Positions 1-9,663 of a stretch of DNA of 27,852 nt are shown here, piece by piece. The position numbers were made by a program, and so were the translations under genes. Source of the DNA: an uncultured virus (IMG/VR IMGVR_UViG_3300026522_000846) (lineage: Duplodnaviria > Heunggongvirae > Uroviricota > Caudoviricetes); the IMG/VR virus record IMGVR_UViG_3300026522_000846. One strand, written 5' to 3'. Within the stretch, counting starts at the first letter, position 1. The number at the start of each line of letters is the position of its first letter. Below the pieces are notes generated by a model that saw only the letters and a program-made list of their open reading frames with translations, was not told where the DNA came from and searched no databases.

Positions 1-127
1 CTGCCCTCCGAATGTCAGCAGTATCGTTGCCTGTGTGGTAAAGTATCACACCTGTCTTTTTACTTCCGCAGTTGGGACAGTTTTCCATTCTCTTTGGCAG
101 AAATCCCAGAATGTCGGAAAGGCTCAT
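1..127 (-). CDS. 5' part of a hypothetical protein with a CxxC (zinc-ribbon-like) motif; runs off the window edge
   Basis: Hand translation gives MSLSDILGFLPKRMENCPNCGSKKTGVILYH...; its ATG overlaps the TGA of the 500-aa gene (ATGA coupling). Confidence 0.6.
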   Translation of the reverse strand, partial: MSLSDILGFLPKRMENCPNCGSKKTGVILYHTGNDTADIRRA

Positions 128-1626
128 TCCTGACCACCCTCTTCCTTGTCATTGCTTTCATTATCACCCTGTGACGACTCTTCGTTATCGCTCTGCGATG
201 ACTCAGATGTCCGACCTTTGGTCTTTGACTCCTCCAGACTTGTTCCATTCAGTGTTGCTGTTACGTCTCCTGAAAATCCCTTCACGATAATGCTGTTCTC
301 TTTTCCGTCTCCAGTCACGGTTGCCGAGAATGTTACCGAACCGTCATCGTTTGGTGTCTGTTCAAAGGTCAGTCCGCTTATGGGGTTTTTCATCGTTACG
401 GATCCGTCTCCGTTCGGTACAGTGACCTTGATTTTGTACTTCTTTCCTTTTTTGAGATCCACATCAAAGGCTTTGTCGGAATTCTCCGCAGTTATGGTCT
501 GACTCTCTTCTTCCGTTTCCTCTGCATTCTCTTCTGTTCTTGCATATCCGAAAGCGTTCGGATCTTTGGTAGAATATGAGTTCAGTGCAGGAACGGTACT
601 GTAGCAGGCTGTCTCTCCGATAGGCGACTCTGTAGCCTGATTTGTAGCCGAGTCGTATGTTGCATTTACAGATAGCTGCCTTTTATTAAAGTTTTCAGCC
701 TTGTCTTCATATTTCGTTCCGTGTACGAGTCTGAATACACCGCCAAAGTTCGGAACATAATATCCGTCAGGAAGATAGTCAGGGAGCTTCAGTTCCTGAT
801 AGACGCTGTTTGCCTTCAGACCTTTTGTATATTCAGCATACAGTTCCATTCCTGAAAAATAATGTGTGTCTGATTTAACATCGAATGTGTGACATTCTGT
901 ACCTGAATATATATTTACAGGATATGCCCTGTCTTCGGGTGCAGTCTCGCCCGCCTTGGGATCACTCACAAGTACGTCTGACTTTACAAAACCGCCGATG
1001 GAAAGTATGTCGGGCTTTACCTTTACCGCACTCTTGCCTTTTCCGACACTATCAAAGGTGTAGGTCGTTTTTGAGTTATTAAGTGCTGTGGCGATCGCCT
1101 GTGCTGACGAGTTTGGTCTGACATTTGATTTATCACTGGAACTTGATTCACTCGAAAGATTTATCGTATATGTCTTGTTTGCCTGCTCTGTTACGCCGTA
1201 TATTCCGAACGAATAACCCTCATCCTTATATCTCTCGTAATATATCGTATTAATGGGCGTAGTATTGCTCCTGTAGATCAGCTTGTCTTTATCACCGAGA
1301 TATAGCGTGGGAACGGTTTTGTAAGTTTTTGCGTCCATCATGATAAGCCTTGTAGCATTGGTCGAGTTCTCGGCTCTCTTTGTGACATTCGCCTGCACAT
1401 TAAAGCATATCGGATATGCCTTCCCTTTGTGATAAACATAGTAGTTTCCTGCCGTGATCTTTGACAGGTCTACACCTGTATCAGGCTCATCACCCTTATG
1501 TACTTTCATTTCTATTTTCTGCGGTTTGCCCGATGTATTCTTCATCGTTTTCAAGAGTACACTTCCCGCAATAAAAACTACCAGTAAGACAATAATAGGA
1601 ACCTTTAATTTCTGTATAACTTCCAT
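124..1626 (-). CDS. Membrane-anchored or exported protein of unknown function (500 aa)
   Basis: Long ORF with GAGGTG RBS, N-terminal hydrophobic helix (PIIVLLVVFIAGSVLL), polar body and acidic Ser-rich tail. Confidence 0.8.
   Translation of the reverse strand: MEVIQKLKVPIIVLLVVFIAGSVLLKTMKNTSGKPQKIEMKVHKGDEPDTGVDLSKITAGNYYVYHKGKAYPICFNVQANVTKRAENSTNATRLIMMDAKTYKTVPTLYLGDKDKLIYRSNTTPINTIYYERYKDEGYSFGIYGVTEQANKTYTINLSSESSSSDKSNVRPNSSAQAIATALNNSKTTYTFDSVGKGKSAVKVKPDILSIGGFVKSDVLVSDPKAGETAPEDRAYPVNIYSGTECHTFDVKSDTHYFSGMELYAEYTKGLKANSVYQELKLPDYLPDGYYVPNFGGVFRLVHGTKYEDKAENFNKRQLSVNATYDSATNQATESPIGETACYSTVPALNSYSTKDPNAFGYARTEENAEETEEESQTITAENSDKAFDVDLKKGKKYKIKVTVPNGDGSVTMKNPISGLTFEQTPNDDGSVTFSATVTGDGKENSIIVKGFSGDVTATLNGTSLEESKTKGRTSESSQSDNEESSQGDNESNDKEEGGQE
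201..230 (-). repeat. Palindromic element type II, partial copy inside the 500-aa CDS
   Basis: Reverse complement AGTCAAAGACCAAAGGTCGGACATCTGAGT resembles AGTTAAAGACCGAAGGTCGATCTTCTGA at 19520-19547. Confidence 0.6.
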
Positions 1627-1685
1627 ACAACACCTCTCTATTTGTTCAAAAAAAATAGACCTGAAAGTCGAAACGATATTTCTGT

Positions 1686-1707
1686 ATCAAGCAACTTGTT
1701 GCTTGCT
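1686..1707. repeat. 22-nt palindromic module CAAGCAAC-TT-GTTGCTTG
   Basis: ATCAAGCAACTTGTTGCTTGCT is identical at 1686-1707 and 26933-26954. Confidence 0.85.
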
Positions 1708-1736
1708 ACGGTAGTATCATTTCACCCTTCAAGTCA

Positions 1737-1757
1737 TTTATGAATAAAATGTAAGTG
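1737..1757 (-). promoter_or_regulatory. Conserved upstream motif, copy 1 (CACTTACATTTTATTCATAAA)
   Basis: 19/20 identical to 9981-10000; about 110 bp upstream of the 500-aa gene and oriented with transcription. Confidence 0.65.
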
Positions 1758-1773
1758 CTGATTTTTTCTAACT

Positions 1774-1797
1774 GTTAAAGACCGTAGGTCGAACGTC
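1774..1797 (+). repeat. Palindromic element type II, partial copy (GTTAAAGACCGTAGGTCGAAC)
   Basis: The 21-mer is identical to 13489-13509. Confidence 0.85.
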
Positions 1798-2515
1798 ACA
1801 GATCCACTCCACGGAATACGTCATCCATTGTATGCCCTTCTTCTACTGCTTTTATGCAGACGGCTGACAGCTGCTTTACGGCTGTGTCTGTTTGAATTTT
1901 GACGATCGTTGTCCTGTCTCCGAATATACTGCGGAATACCGACTCTATTTTCTTTTGGTCGGCATAAGCTTCTTTTGGAATGTCAAACTCTTCTTTCTTC
2001 ATCGCATCCTTCAGATCCCACACCGTACTGAAACCCTCTTTCTGCAAAAGAACGTCATTTTTCCTGTCGCCAAAGAAGGGAATTCTCTCGTTTTTCATGT
2101 ACTTTGCATACATCTTGTCGTATTTCCTGTTCTGTACAGGAACATAGGAGCAGTCATACGTCAAATAGTCTTTTTTGTTATACAAAAAGTTGTATGTATG
2201 CCCTATGATCTCGTCTTCTCTCGGTCTCCTGAACATGGAGATAGTCATACTGTCTGTTTTTCGGGAATATTCAGCAGACGCTTTTCGATATTCAGGACTC
2301 GTTATGTCATACGTTCTGCACATCCATAAGCGTCCGTTCCGAAACTCATCGGCTAGGCTGTTATCCTGCATCATCCATGTTTCGGGAACGGCAGGACAAC
2401 CAAGTTCCGTCAGTGCATGATTTAATTCAGCTACTTTCTTTTCAAATGTTTCAGTGTCTTGAAAACTGTCTGTGCGTATCTCAAGTTCCAGATCAACTGT
2501 AAATTTCGTATTCAT
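1796..2515 (-). CDS. Hypothetical protein (about 239 aa) with its own promoter
   Basis: ORF 1796-2581; start moved to MNTKF at 2515 (AAAGGGGG RBS) because the first 22 codons run mostly through a palindromic element. Confidence 0.7.
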   Translation of the reverse strand: MNTKFTVDLELEIRTDSFQDTETFEKKVAELNHALTELGCPAVPETWMMQDNSLADEFRNGRLWMCRTYDITSPEYRKASAEYSRKTDSMTISMFRRPREDEIIGHTYNFLYNKKDYLTYDCSYVPVQNRKYDKMYAKYMKNERIPFFGDRKNDVLLQKEGFSTVWDLKDAMKKEEFDIPKEAYADQKKIESVFRSIFGDRTTIVKIQTDTAVKQLSAVCIKAVEEGHTMDDVFRGVDL

Positions 2516-2529
2516 AAAACCCCCTTTAA

Positions 2530-2580
2530 TGGAGTGAACCAAAGGTTCACTCCTAGGAATGAATGCAGGCATTCGTTCCA
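2530..2580. repeat. Palindromic element type I (double hairpin) in a 5' UTR
   Basis: T-GGAGTGAACC-AAA-GGTTCACTCC-TA-GGAATGAATGC-AG-GCATTCGTTCC-A. Confidence 0.9.
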
Positions 2581-2614
2581 TTTGATTTCGACATTCGTTG
2601 TATCTTATATCTAC

Positions 2615-2642
2615 ATTGTATGCCTTTGTACGTTTCTGTCAA
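2615..2642 (-). promoter_or_regulatory. Sigma-A-type promoter
   Basis: Minus strand TTGACA-16 nt-TACAAT, just downstream of the virB4 terminator and about 100 bp upstream of the 2515 start. Confidence 0.65.
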
Positions 2643-2644
2643 AC

Positions 2645-2679
2645 AAAAAAAGATGGAAGGGATTATTCTCTTCCATCTT
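2645..2679 (-). terminator. Rho-independent terminator after virB4
   Basis: AAGATGGAAGGGA-TTAT-TCTCTTCCATCTT stem with a T run on the minus strand. Confidence 0.75.
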
Positions 2680-2693
2680 CCTTCGCGTTTATC

Positions 2694-5177
2694 CTACGCC
2701 TGTTCCGCATCTTTCGGCTTCGTACTCATGATACGGTAAAGTTCCGTGTCGGTCGGGAAGTTGTTCTCGAACGGAATGTTCTGCGTTCCGATATGAATGA
2801 GTCCGTGTCCGCTGTCCACACCATTGATATATGATATTTCTGTCTCATTAAGGCTCAACATCTGTCGCAGAGCCTCACGGTCAAGCATTGCCTGATTGAG
2901 CATTTCAATGAAGTTGGTGTTATTGATGATGGAACGTGCATCCGGGGACTGAAGAAGATCTTCAACGTTCTGGGTAATTCCCGTCAGCACCAGTCCGAAC
3001 TTTCTGGCACGCTTCCACATGGTCTTTACAGTCTCGGAAGATGTCTCATTTCGAAGGAGCATATGAAACTCATCAATAAAGGCATAAGTCAGTCTGCCTT
3101 TGAGTGCATTCTCCGTAGCCTTTGTCCATATCATGTTCAGACACACCTTAAGTCCAAGCTCTTCCAAGGTCGAACCGATATGATGTATGTCGAATACGAT
3201 AAGTCTCTTATCTATATCAACATCAGTCCTGCTTGCAAAAGAGTCATATCCCTGTCCGCAGAACATCTCGATGTTCAAAGCCAATTCCTGTGCTTCGGGA
3301 TAGTCCTGTCCGTATTCAAGAAGTCCCTTCATTAAGTCCTGAAGCGTAGGTGCTACCCTCCTGTCGATCGTTGGCTGTCTGCCGGTCACGGGGTCAGGGT
3401 TCTCATTCGAAAGAGTTCGTATATAACTCTGATACAGTCTTGTAAGCACCTTATTGATGAGAGACTTGTGAGCCGGTGTAAGGGTACTGTAGTTCCTCGA
3501 CACACCGCCCTGCATCATGGTGTCGCAGAGACTGGTCACAAAGTCTGCCTGCTGTGCAAGCGGATTTGTGGTCTCATCGATAGATGTATCCATATCGAGG
3601 TCGAACGGATTAAGATGTACGCCGTTGCCGGGTGCGATCTTTATCACAGTACCGCCAAGTTCGTTTGCGATGGCTGAATACTCACCATCGGGATCGATAA
3701 CGTAAACATAGGCGTTACTGTTTAAGATGGCATTTATCATGAGCATTTTAGCTGCAAAGGATTTACCTGAACCTGATGCTCCAAGGATAAGACCGTTATA
3801 GTTCATGCCCTTCATTCGGTCGAGGAAGATGACTGATTTATTAACGGAATTGAGACCGTAATAGAATCCATGCTCATCCAATGTAGATGTTTCCGTGAAC
3901 GGCATGAATGCGGCCATATTCTCTGTCGTGAGAAGTCTCTTCATGTAGGTATGGTTAGTATTCAGAGGAAGGCTTGCATTGAAGCCGTTTTCCTGCTGAA
4001 GCACAAACGGTGTAAAGTGGCACAGGTTCTGATTCTGTACTGACTTTATCGCAGCCTTTGTCCTGTCGAGTTCATCTACTGTATTTCCAAATGCCGTAAG
4101 GTTCATCTGGAAATAGAACACTCTCTGGTCTCTCGACTGCATATCACGTTCAAGCTGTTCTACCTGATCCTTGACTATCTCAAGGTCTCCTCCGATAAGG
4201 TCGGGGCTGTATCCTGACTTTACGGCAGCCTTCTGTTTCTCAACAAGCTCCGAGTTTATCATGACTTTTTTGTTATGTACGATCTTTGTTCCCTCGGCTT
4301 GGTCTAGCGGCTGTACGTCAATGGATATCAGAAGCTTTGCATTGATGTCCATGAGATTACCCACAAAGTCTGTAGAAAGGAAGTTCGCTATACCTGACAG
4401 ATACATGGACTGTGCCACTTCTTCTCCGACAATGAACCTGTTGGAAGAAAACTTGAATGCGGGCGGAGCAATAAGATCCTTTGTTGTCATTCCTGTTTTC
4501 TTTAACATATCAAAGTCCACAGTGGTATTTCCCTTTTCATCATGATGGAAAAGAGGATTGTCAGATGTGCCGTATATCTCGGCAAGGACTTCGAGATACT
4601 CATCAATAGTCAGTGCCCTTACTTCCTTTTTCAGGAATGTTCTCATCTCCTGTGCGACTCTCAGATCAAGATCTTTGAAATGCTTTGCCGCAGCGTCTAC
4701 GCTCTTCTCACGGACACTGTAACAGAGATACCTGTTCGTGATTATTGAACCTCTTGACTCCACAAGCTTTGTGTGGATAATGTCGTTCATTTCCTCACGA
4801 AGATGATCCATGGAGTCGCCCTGTTCCTGCATCTTCATTTTTGCAAATCGAAGATCAATATCGTCTACCGTATTGAGAAGTATGAACTGCACATGCTCAT
4901 TCGCTTCGATGGAATTTAAGAATGTCTCATACTTGTCAAAGAAATTGTTCTGCTCTTCATCAGAAAGCGTTTTGAAGTTCGCTTCGGGTAACTGATAGAG
5001 TTTACAGAACACGCCCGGTTCAGACTGTATCATTCCATTCGGATATACATCAATATATGGAATGGTACGCTGTGCCGTTGTTGCCTGTTTCTTTCTTGCC
5101 TTTTCGCTTGATGCGGACGCACCATTATTTGAACTTGTACTGCTGACACCTGTCAGCATTTTCTGCCAATCAGCCAT
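2694..5177 (-). CDS. virB4: VirB4-like conjugative transfer ATPase (TraE/TrsE family)
   Basis: 827 aa; Walker A GASGSGKS, IDPDGEY, LNPFD, Walker B FIDEFH, KRARKFG..TGITQNVEDLL; lies downstream of a PrgI-like gene. Confidence 0.93.
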   Translation of the reverse strand: MADWQKMLTGVSSTSSNNGASASSEKARKKQATTAQRTIPYIDVYPNGMIQSEPGVFCKLYQLPEANFKTLSDEEQNNFFDKYETFLNSIEANEHVQFILLNTVDDIDLRFAKMKMQEQGDSMDHLREEMNDIIHTKLVESRGSIITNRYLCYSVREKSVDAAAKHFKDLDLRVAQEMRTFLKKEVRALTIDEYLEVLAEIYGTSDNPLFHHDEKGNTTVDFDMLKKTGMTTKDLIAPPAFKFSSNRFIVGEEVAQSMYLSGIANFLSTDFVGNLMDINAKLLISIDVQPLDQAEGTKIVHNKKVMINSELVEKQKAAVKSGYSPDLIGGDLEIVKDQVEQLERDMQSRDQRVFYFQMNLTAFGNTVDELDRTKAAIKSVQNQNLCHFTPFVLQQENGFNASLPLNTNHTYMKRLLTTENMAAFMPFTETSTLDEHGFYYGLNSVNKSVIFLDRMKGMNYNGLILGASGSGKSFAAKMLMINAILNSNAYVYVIDPDGEYSAIANELGGTVIKIAPGNGVHLNPFDLDMDTSIDETTNPLAQQADFVTSLCDTMMQGGVSRNYSTLTPAHKSLINKVLTRLYQSYIRTLSNENPDPVTGRQPTIDRRVAPTLQDLMKGLLEYGQDYPEAQELALNIEMFCGQGYDSFASRTDVDIDKRLIVFDIHHIGSTLEELGLKVCLNMIWTKATENALKGRLTYAFIDEFHMLLRNETSSETVKTMWKRARKFGLVLTGITQNVEDLLQSPDARSIINNTNFIEMLNQAMLDREALRQMLSLNETEISYINGVDSGHGLIHIGTQNIPFENNFPTDTELYRIMSTKPKDAEQA

Positions 5178-5187
5178 AAACTCTCCT

Positions 5188-5616
5188 TCACTTTATCGCA
5201 ATGAGCATCGGATCTTTGCTTGCCTTGACCGGGTGCTTTTTATCGACAATATTCTTATCTTTGCCTTTTTCTTTGCCCTTTTCTACACCGTTCTCTTTTT
5301 CAAACTCCGCAATACACGCATTCTCGGCATGATACAGTCTTTTTACGGGGTTCAGAAAATTATCCCTTACTATGATTGGAAGTATCTTTTCTATAGGCTC
5401 GCCGTATATCTTAAGGAACCCTAATGCAAAAAACGGCAGGGCTGCGGCCATGGCAAGATATATCCTGTTCTGTGTGCTGAAATTCGCTGCACCCTTGAAT
5501 CCCACGAACAATGCAAAAGCAAGTCCGATTCCGCCAAACACTACCTGTCTTGTGGTAAAATCTCCAATTGCTCTGTTTTCACGGGATAATATGTCCTTCG
5601 ACATCGTAACAAACAT
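5188..5616 (-). CDS. prgI: PrgI-family (VirB3-like) membrane protein
   Basis: 142 aa; KDI..E...GDFTTRQ motif, two TM segments and GF.KIYGEPIEK, as typical of PrgI; immediately upstream of virB4. Confidence 0.85.
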   Translation of the reverse strand: MFVTMSKDILSRENRAIGDFTTRQVVFGGIGLAFALFVGFKGAANFSTQNRIYLAMAAALPFFALGFLKIYGEPIEKILPIIVRDNFLNPVKRLYHAENACIAEFEKENGVEKGKEKGKDKNIVDKKHPVKASKDPMLIAIK

Positions 5617-5634
5617 AATATTCTCCTTTTATGT

Positions 5635-6603
5635 TCACGCACCAAATGCTTCACTGACAACGCTTTGAAGCTTTTTGATCATTCCTACTTCGCCAAGTCC
5701 GATTGCCATATTCACGATTATCATTACGATAAATGACGCTACGCCACTCGCATCGCCTATCGACGAATTTATACCTGCCTGTATTACCTTTGCCATGGAA
5801 AAGACGACCTTGATGAGCGGACCCATCGCAAGCAGTGCTATATAACGCTTGAAATATCTTACTGCCGTTCCACGCCAACCTTCTTCCGTTGCAAACGAGA
5901 ATGCTATCGGCATTAATGCACCACGAATACACATCTCCATTAGCCTCGACAGAAGCGTCGTTAGTATCAAAAGCAATGGTATAAATTGGAAGAAACTGAA
6001 CATACCATTTGATGCTGCATTCATGGCTCGCTCAAATCCGTTGTTTGGCATCATACTGTTTATCGAGTTAAACATCGATTTTGCCGACATCGAAGTTCCT
6101 CCGGCACTGCCCTGATGATCTATAAGGTCACCCATCCAGTCAGCTACCGCCTGTCCGCCGTCAAGGAACTTCTGACAGTTGTCGATCATGAATATGCCGA
6201 CAACGAGCCTTGCAAAGAATTTTGTGAAACTGTCTATGTTCATTCGCTCACTCATGCCAAGTTCCACGAGAGCGATGATAAAAAAAATAAGTGCTATGGC
6301 ATATGCTACAGGCACAAGTGACGCTGACACCGAACTCTGAAATCCGAGAAGAAAGTTATCTTCCCCCGATCCAAATCCGTTAAGAGAAACCGCTTTATCT
6401 ATCAACGTGCTGAAAGGTCCGTTATCACAGGAAGCCTGAGTCCAGATGACGTTTTTGGCATAGTCAGCTTCTGACATTTTGAACAAGCCACCTTTATCGG
6501 AGAATCCAAGATCCATAGCAAGCTTCTTGGCGTCATCTTTACCTTTCATCGCCTTATATTGTTTTGTGAAGTCGGCATCCGACATATTTGAAAATTTAGC
6601 CAT
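5635..6603 (-). CDS. VirB6/TrbL-like polytopic conjugation membrane protein
   Basis: 322 aa with several TM segments; RLMEMCIRGALMPIAFSF...RYFKRYIAL resembles Gram-positive VirB6-like proteins; position in the operon fits. Confidence 0.72.
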   Translation of the reverse strand: MAKFSNMSDADFTKQYKAMKGKDDAKKLAMDLGFSDKGGLFKMSEADYAKNVIWTQASCDNGPFSTLIDKAVSLNGFGSGEDNFLLGFQSSVSASLVPVAYAIALIFFIIALVELGMSERMNIDSFTKFFARLVVGIFMIDNCQKFLDGGQAVADWMGDLIDHQGSAGGTSMSAKSMFNSINSMMPNNGFERAMNAASNGMFSFFQFIPLLLILTTLLSRLMEMCIRGALMPIAFSFATEEGWRGTAVRYFKRYIALLAMGPLIKVVFSMAKVIQAGINSSIGDASGVASFIVMIIVNMAIGLGEVGMIKKLQSVVSEAFGA

Positions 6604-6640
6604 AAAATATTTTCCTTCACTTTTTAACGATTAAAAAAAA

Positions 6641-6678
6641 CGAACTAAAGGATCGCTCAAAGAACGATCCTCGGTTCG
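6641..6678. other. Intergenic imperfect hairpin with a C-AAA-G loop
   Basis: CGAAC..AGGATCGCTC-AAA-GAACGATCCT..GTTCG, with a T run on the minus strand; a terminator/attenuator or a relative of the palindrome family. Confidence 0.55.
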
Positions 6679-6698
6679 TGAATAACTCTTCGTTCCTT

Positions 6699-7076
6699 TT
6701 ATAGTCCGATCTGACCTTTGAGAGGAGCCCAAAGAAGTGCCTTGAATGCGATCAGGACTGCACCTATAACGACATCCTTTGCACCACTCGAAATAGCTTC
6801 GGGGTTATTATCATTTCTTACACCCTGAACAACTTTGAATCCGCCCATAAGCACGAAGAATACTCCAATATAAGGAAGAACTCCCGCTATGGCATCCGCA
6901 ACTGTGGTTACAAGACCCTTTGCCTTGGTCTCGTCACCGCCTATGGCGTCTGCGTGTACTCCCGGCACAAGTACTGTACCGCCTATGGCACCTGTGACCA
7001 TCGCTGTTGTTACAGCCGTCCTCATGGACGACATCTTGTCTTCTGCCTTCAGAAGAATCTGTTTTGTTTTCTGCAT
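6699..7076 (-). CDS. VirB2/TrbC-like pilin (small membrane protein)
   Basis: 125 aa; signal-like N-terminus ending VHA, then two hydrophobic helices; first gene of the T4SS run. Confidence 0.65.
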   Translation of the reverse strand: MQKTKQILLKAEDKMSSMRTAVTTAMVTGAIGGTVLVPGVHADAIGGDETKAKGLVTTVADAIAGVLPYIGVFFVLMGGFKVVQGVRNDNNPEAISSGAKDVVIGAVLIAFKALLWAPLKGQIGL

Positions 7077-7175
7077 ACTTTACCTCTTTTCAATACGCAT
7101 TTTTTGGGGACAGAATGAAAAGGTCTGTCTCGTTTTTTTCTCTAGGAAAGGGACTTTAGTCTCTTTCTCTTCGAT

Positions 7176-7211
7176 AAAATATATGAGTAAAACGTTAAGT
7201 GTACTTTTGAA
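7176..7211 (-). promoter_or_regulatory. Conserved upstream motif, copy 2
   Basis: AAAATATATGAGTAAAACGTTAAGTGTACTTTTGAA is 35/36 identical to 15568-15603; about 100 bp upstream of the T4SS genes. Confidence 0.75.
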
Positions 7212-7237
7212 TGGAACGAATGCTTACATTCGTTCCA
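7212..7237. repeat. Palindromic element type I, single hairpin
   Basis: T-GGAACGAATG-CTTA-CATTCGTTCC-A; same module as 2556-2579. Confidence 0.8.
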
Positions 7238-7246
7238 ATGGATAGT

Positions 7247-8221
7247 TCATTCCGCTGTTTTCGTATCCTTATTGACGCTTTCCTGACTGAATTCACCATC
7301 GGCATTCGTATTTGCAAACCCTTCCGTGTTAACGCCGTCTGTAAGACTTTCGGTGCTTGATCCCTTTACCGAAATGTTATCCTCTGCATTCCCGTCAGAG
7401 TTCTCTTTATCGGATTTGTCAGCGTCCTTTGCGTCTTCCGCATCGCTGTTCTTTTTCTCGTTCAGCACTTTCTCATATCCGTCTGCCGTATTGACGATCC
7501 TTGAAACGGTCATGGTGTTTCCTGACGCCATAGCTTTACCAAACATGATCTGCTCATCCTTATCCATGAGAAGCTGAAGCATGCTTGCTCTTGTCGCATT
7601 GTCGGCAGATGAGATCGGATTACCGTCTCCGTCAAAAGCGTTCTTGATATAAACGTTTTCCATTACGAAGTTTGCGGTAACGGTATCGTCATCCTTTGCC
7701 GAAAGCATGAAGTTTACAAGGTCGCCTTTTCTTAAAAGTCCTGCATTCGCATTCTCTGCGGATACTGCCATCGAGACCTCAACGGGATCTGTAAAGATAT
7801 TTTCTATATCTTTTGTAGACACCGTAGCCTTCTTCGAAAGAATTGCACCCTTGCTCATAGAGACAAGCGTCTTTCTTCCGATAAGGTCGTTTACCGTTGA
7901 CATCGCATCCCCCGGACGTATCGTGTCATCCATATTTATGCCGGTAAGATAATTCTTCCAGTTCTTCTTTGTTATGACTGTTCCCTTGGGAATGGCTTTA
8001 GATGTCACGATCGTCATCGTGTAGTGCTTCGGCGTATTGATGTATCTTTCCAGATAGACCAGTCCGCAGAAGATAGCAGCCGCTGCAATCACGCCAACAA
8101 TGGCGTAGACATACTGCTTTGTTTCCTTTTTCTCTTTCATTTTCAGGTTCTGAATGTTCGGCATCATTTCATAATCTGCCTTGGATCCATCGCCCTTTTT
8201 CGTGTTGTCAAAAAATCCCAT
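7247..8221 (-). CDS. cpaB: Flp pilus assembly protein CpaB/RcpC (SAF domain)
   Basis: N-terminal TM, VTSKAIPKGTVIT and LIGRKTLVSMSKGAIL (SAF-like), AGLLRKGDLVNF (RcpC-like); Tad cluster context. Confidence 0.8.
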   Translation of the reverse strand: MGFFDNTKKGDGSKADYEMMPNIQNLKMKEKKETKQYVYAIVGVIAAAAIFCGLVYLERYINTPKHYTMTIVTSKAIPKGTVITKKNWKNYLTGINMDDTIRPGDAMSTVNDLIGRKTLVSMSKGAILSKKATVSTKDIENIFTDPVEVSMAVSAENANAGLLRKGDLVNFMLSAKDDDTVTANFVMENVYIKNAFDGDGNPISSADNATRASMLQLLMDKDEQIMFGKAMASGNTMTVSRIVNTADGYEKVLNEKKNSDAEDAKDADKSDKENSDGNAEDNISVKGSSTESLTDGVNTEGFANTNADGEFSQESVNKDTKTAE

Positions 8222-8233
8222 GAGATGCTCCTT

Positions 8234-9109
8234 CTATTCTCTTCCATCATTTTCCGCAGTCGTAATGTCCATGATCTCGGTCACTGCAACACCGGGAAGG
8301 TTGCCCTTTGTGTTATAGCGTACATAATAACTGTCCGGATCTTTCACATTTGTTGCATTTGCTTTTTCCATCGTTTTGTCATCAAACCGCACAAGAAGTC
8401 CTCTGCCGTTCTCGGTATCGGGAATAGAACCGTTATTTAAAAGCACGGCTTTCATGGCGGCATCCGTTCTGTTTGCAAAAGCTACTCTTGCGTAAATGGT
8501 AGAACCTGACGGATATACACTATCGCTACGAGTAATTTTCTTTATGTACGGCAGAGCCTTGTTCCCTGTTATCGTTGAAAGCTCGTCATCCTTTACGGTA
8601 CAACCGTTTGTTTCCTTTACGGTGCCGTTATCACAAGTGTACGGATAGACACGGAAGTTATTCAATGTGTAATTTCCGTGTGCGTCAGGATCGCCTACAC
8701 ACTCTATGACGAAAAACTCGAGGACTTGTACCTTTTTATCTCCCGCCATGTTATGGAGAGCACCGCTTTTGGGACGAAGGTCTGTTCCGAGGTCAAAGTT
8801 CTGTACCAAGGCATGATTAAACTTTCTCGCTATCTTGTCTTTTGCCGACTGTATCGCCATTTCCCTACCGCCATTATCGTATGACTCCAATATCAGCGTA
8901 GAACCAAGTTCGGTCTTTTCTATTTGGTTCGCAAATATAGCGTCCGATAATGCGATTTGAGTGCCGTTATGCAGTTCTTCCGACGCAAGCTCCGAATTAT
9001 CAGTCAACATGCGGTAATGGATCGACACTATCACTATGAGGAACAGTGCCATTGAAAGCACGGATATTACCGCATTTACCGCTCCCTTTTCCCGCATTAC
9101 CTTCTGCAT
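8234..9109 (-). CDS. Tad pseudopilin or minor pilin-like protein (TadE/G-like)
   Basis: Start re-placed at MQKVMREKG (AAGGAG RBS); EKG followed by a hydrophobic helix resembles a class III signal peptide. Confidence 0.6.
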   Translation of the reverse strand: MQKVMREKGAVNAVISVLSMALFLIVIVSIHYRMLTDNSELASEELHNGTQIALSDAIFANQIEKTELGSTLILESYDNGGREMAIQSAKDKIARKFNHALVQNFDLGTDLRPKSGALHNMAGDKKVQVLEFFVIECVGDPDAHGNYTLNNFRVYPYTCDNGTVKETNGCTVKDDELSTITGNKALPYIKKITRSDSVYPSGSTIYARVAFANRTDAAMKAVLLNNGSIPDTENGRGLLVRFDDKTMEKANATNVKDPDSYYVRYNTKGNLPGVAVTEIMDITTAENDGRE

Positions 9110-9591
9110 GTCGTACTCCTTACAATGTGGTAAGTAACAGGACGCCTTGTTTCCGGCATCATGCCGTGCCACACAGAACCAAAAACATTAGTCATCGGAG
9201 AATAGAAATAGATCGTAACGTCCATCGTTACCTGTTCGCCGTAAAGAGCCGATTTCGTACCGCCCTTACCACTGCTCTTATTTAAAAGCGTTATGTCCTG
9301 ATTATCCTGTGAAGCAGTGTTGACGGCACTACCGGCAGATTGAACAAGATGAACATTATTCTCGGCAAGTTCCTTCTTGAAGTTCCTGTCGATCTCATTC
9401 GTCCACTCGCCTGTCTCTTCCATCTGGTACAGAGCGTTCTTGGCAGCAAGGTCGATCGCCATCTTCATTCGGACGCCTCTTGCGTAATTGAAATAAAGCA
9501 ACATTAAAGCAAACACTATAACGGAAACAAGCATGACTTCAAAGAGATCTACTGCACCGCCCTTTTCTGTTTCATTTGATTTGTTCCGCAT
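9097..9591 (-). CDS. TadE-like pseudopilin
   Basis: Start re-placed at MRNKSNETEKGG; EKG plus hydrophobic helix, then IDLAAKNAL and YGEQVT; between flp and cpaB. Confidence 0.65.
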   Translation of the reverse strand: MRNKSNETEKGGAVDLFEVMLVSVIVFALMLLYFNYARGVRMKMAIDLAAKNALYQMEETGEWTNEIDRNFKKELAENNVHLVQSAGSAVNTASQDNQDITLLNKSSGKGGTKSALYGEQVTMDVTIYFYSPMTNVFGSVWHGMMPETRRPVTYHIVRSTTCRR

Positions 9592-9610
9592 ACGTTTTTT
9601 CCTTATGATA

Positions 9611-9638
9611 TGGAAAGGGGTACGAGACGTACCCCTCC
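9611..9638. other. Strong hairpin between flp and the tadE-like gene
   Basis: AGGGGTACG-AGA-CGTACCCCT bracketed by TGGA...TCC, like type I modules. Confidence 0.6.
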
Positions 9639-9663
9639 TCATTTTTTACTACAAGATGCTAAG

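Noticed and set aside
2516..2581. N-terminal extension of the 261-aa ORF (and similar extensions at 9642, 9172, 9951, 10917, 21258, 23398, 25258)
   Set aside because: Better RBS-supported downstream starts exist; some extensions merely read through hairpins.
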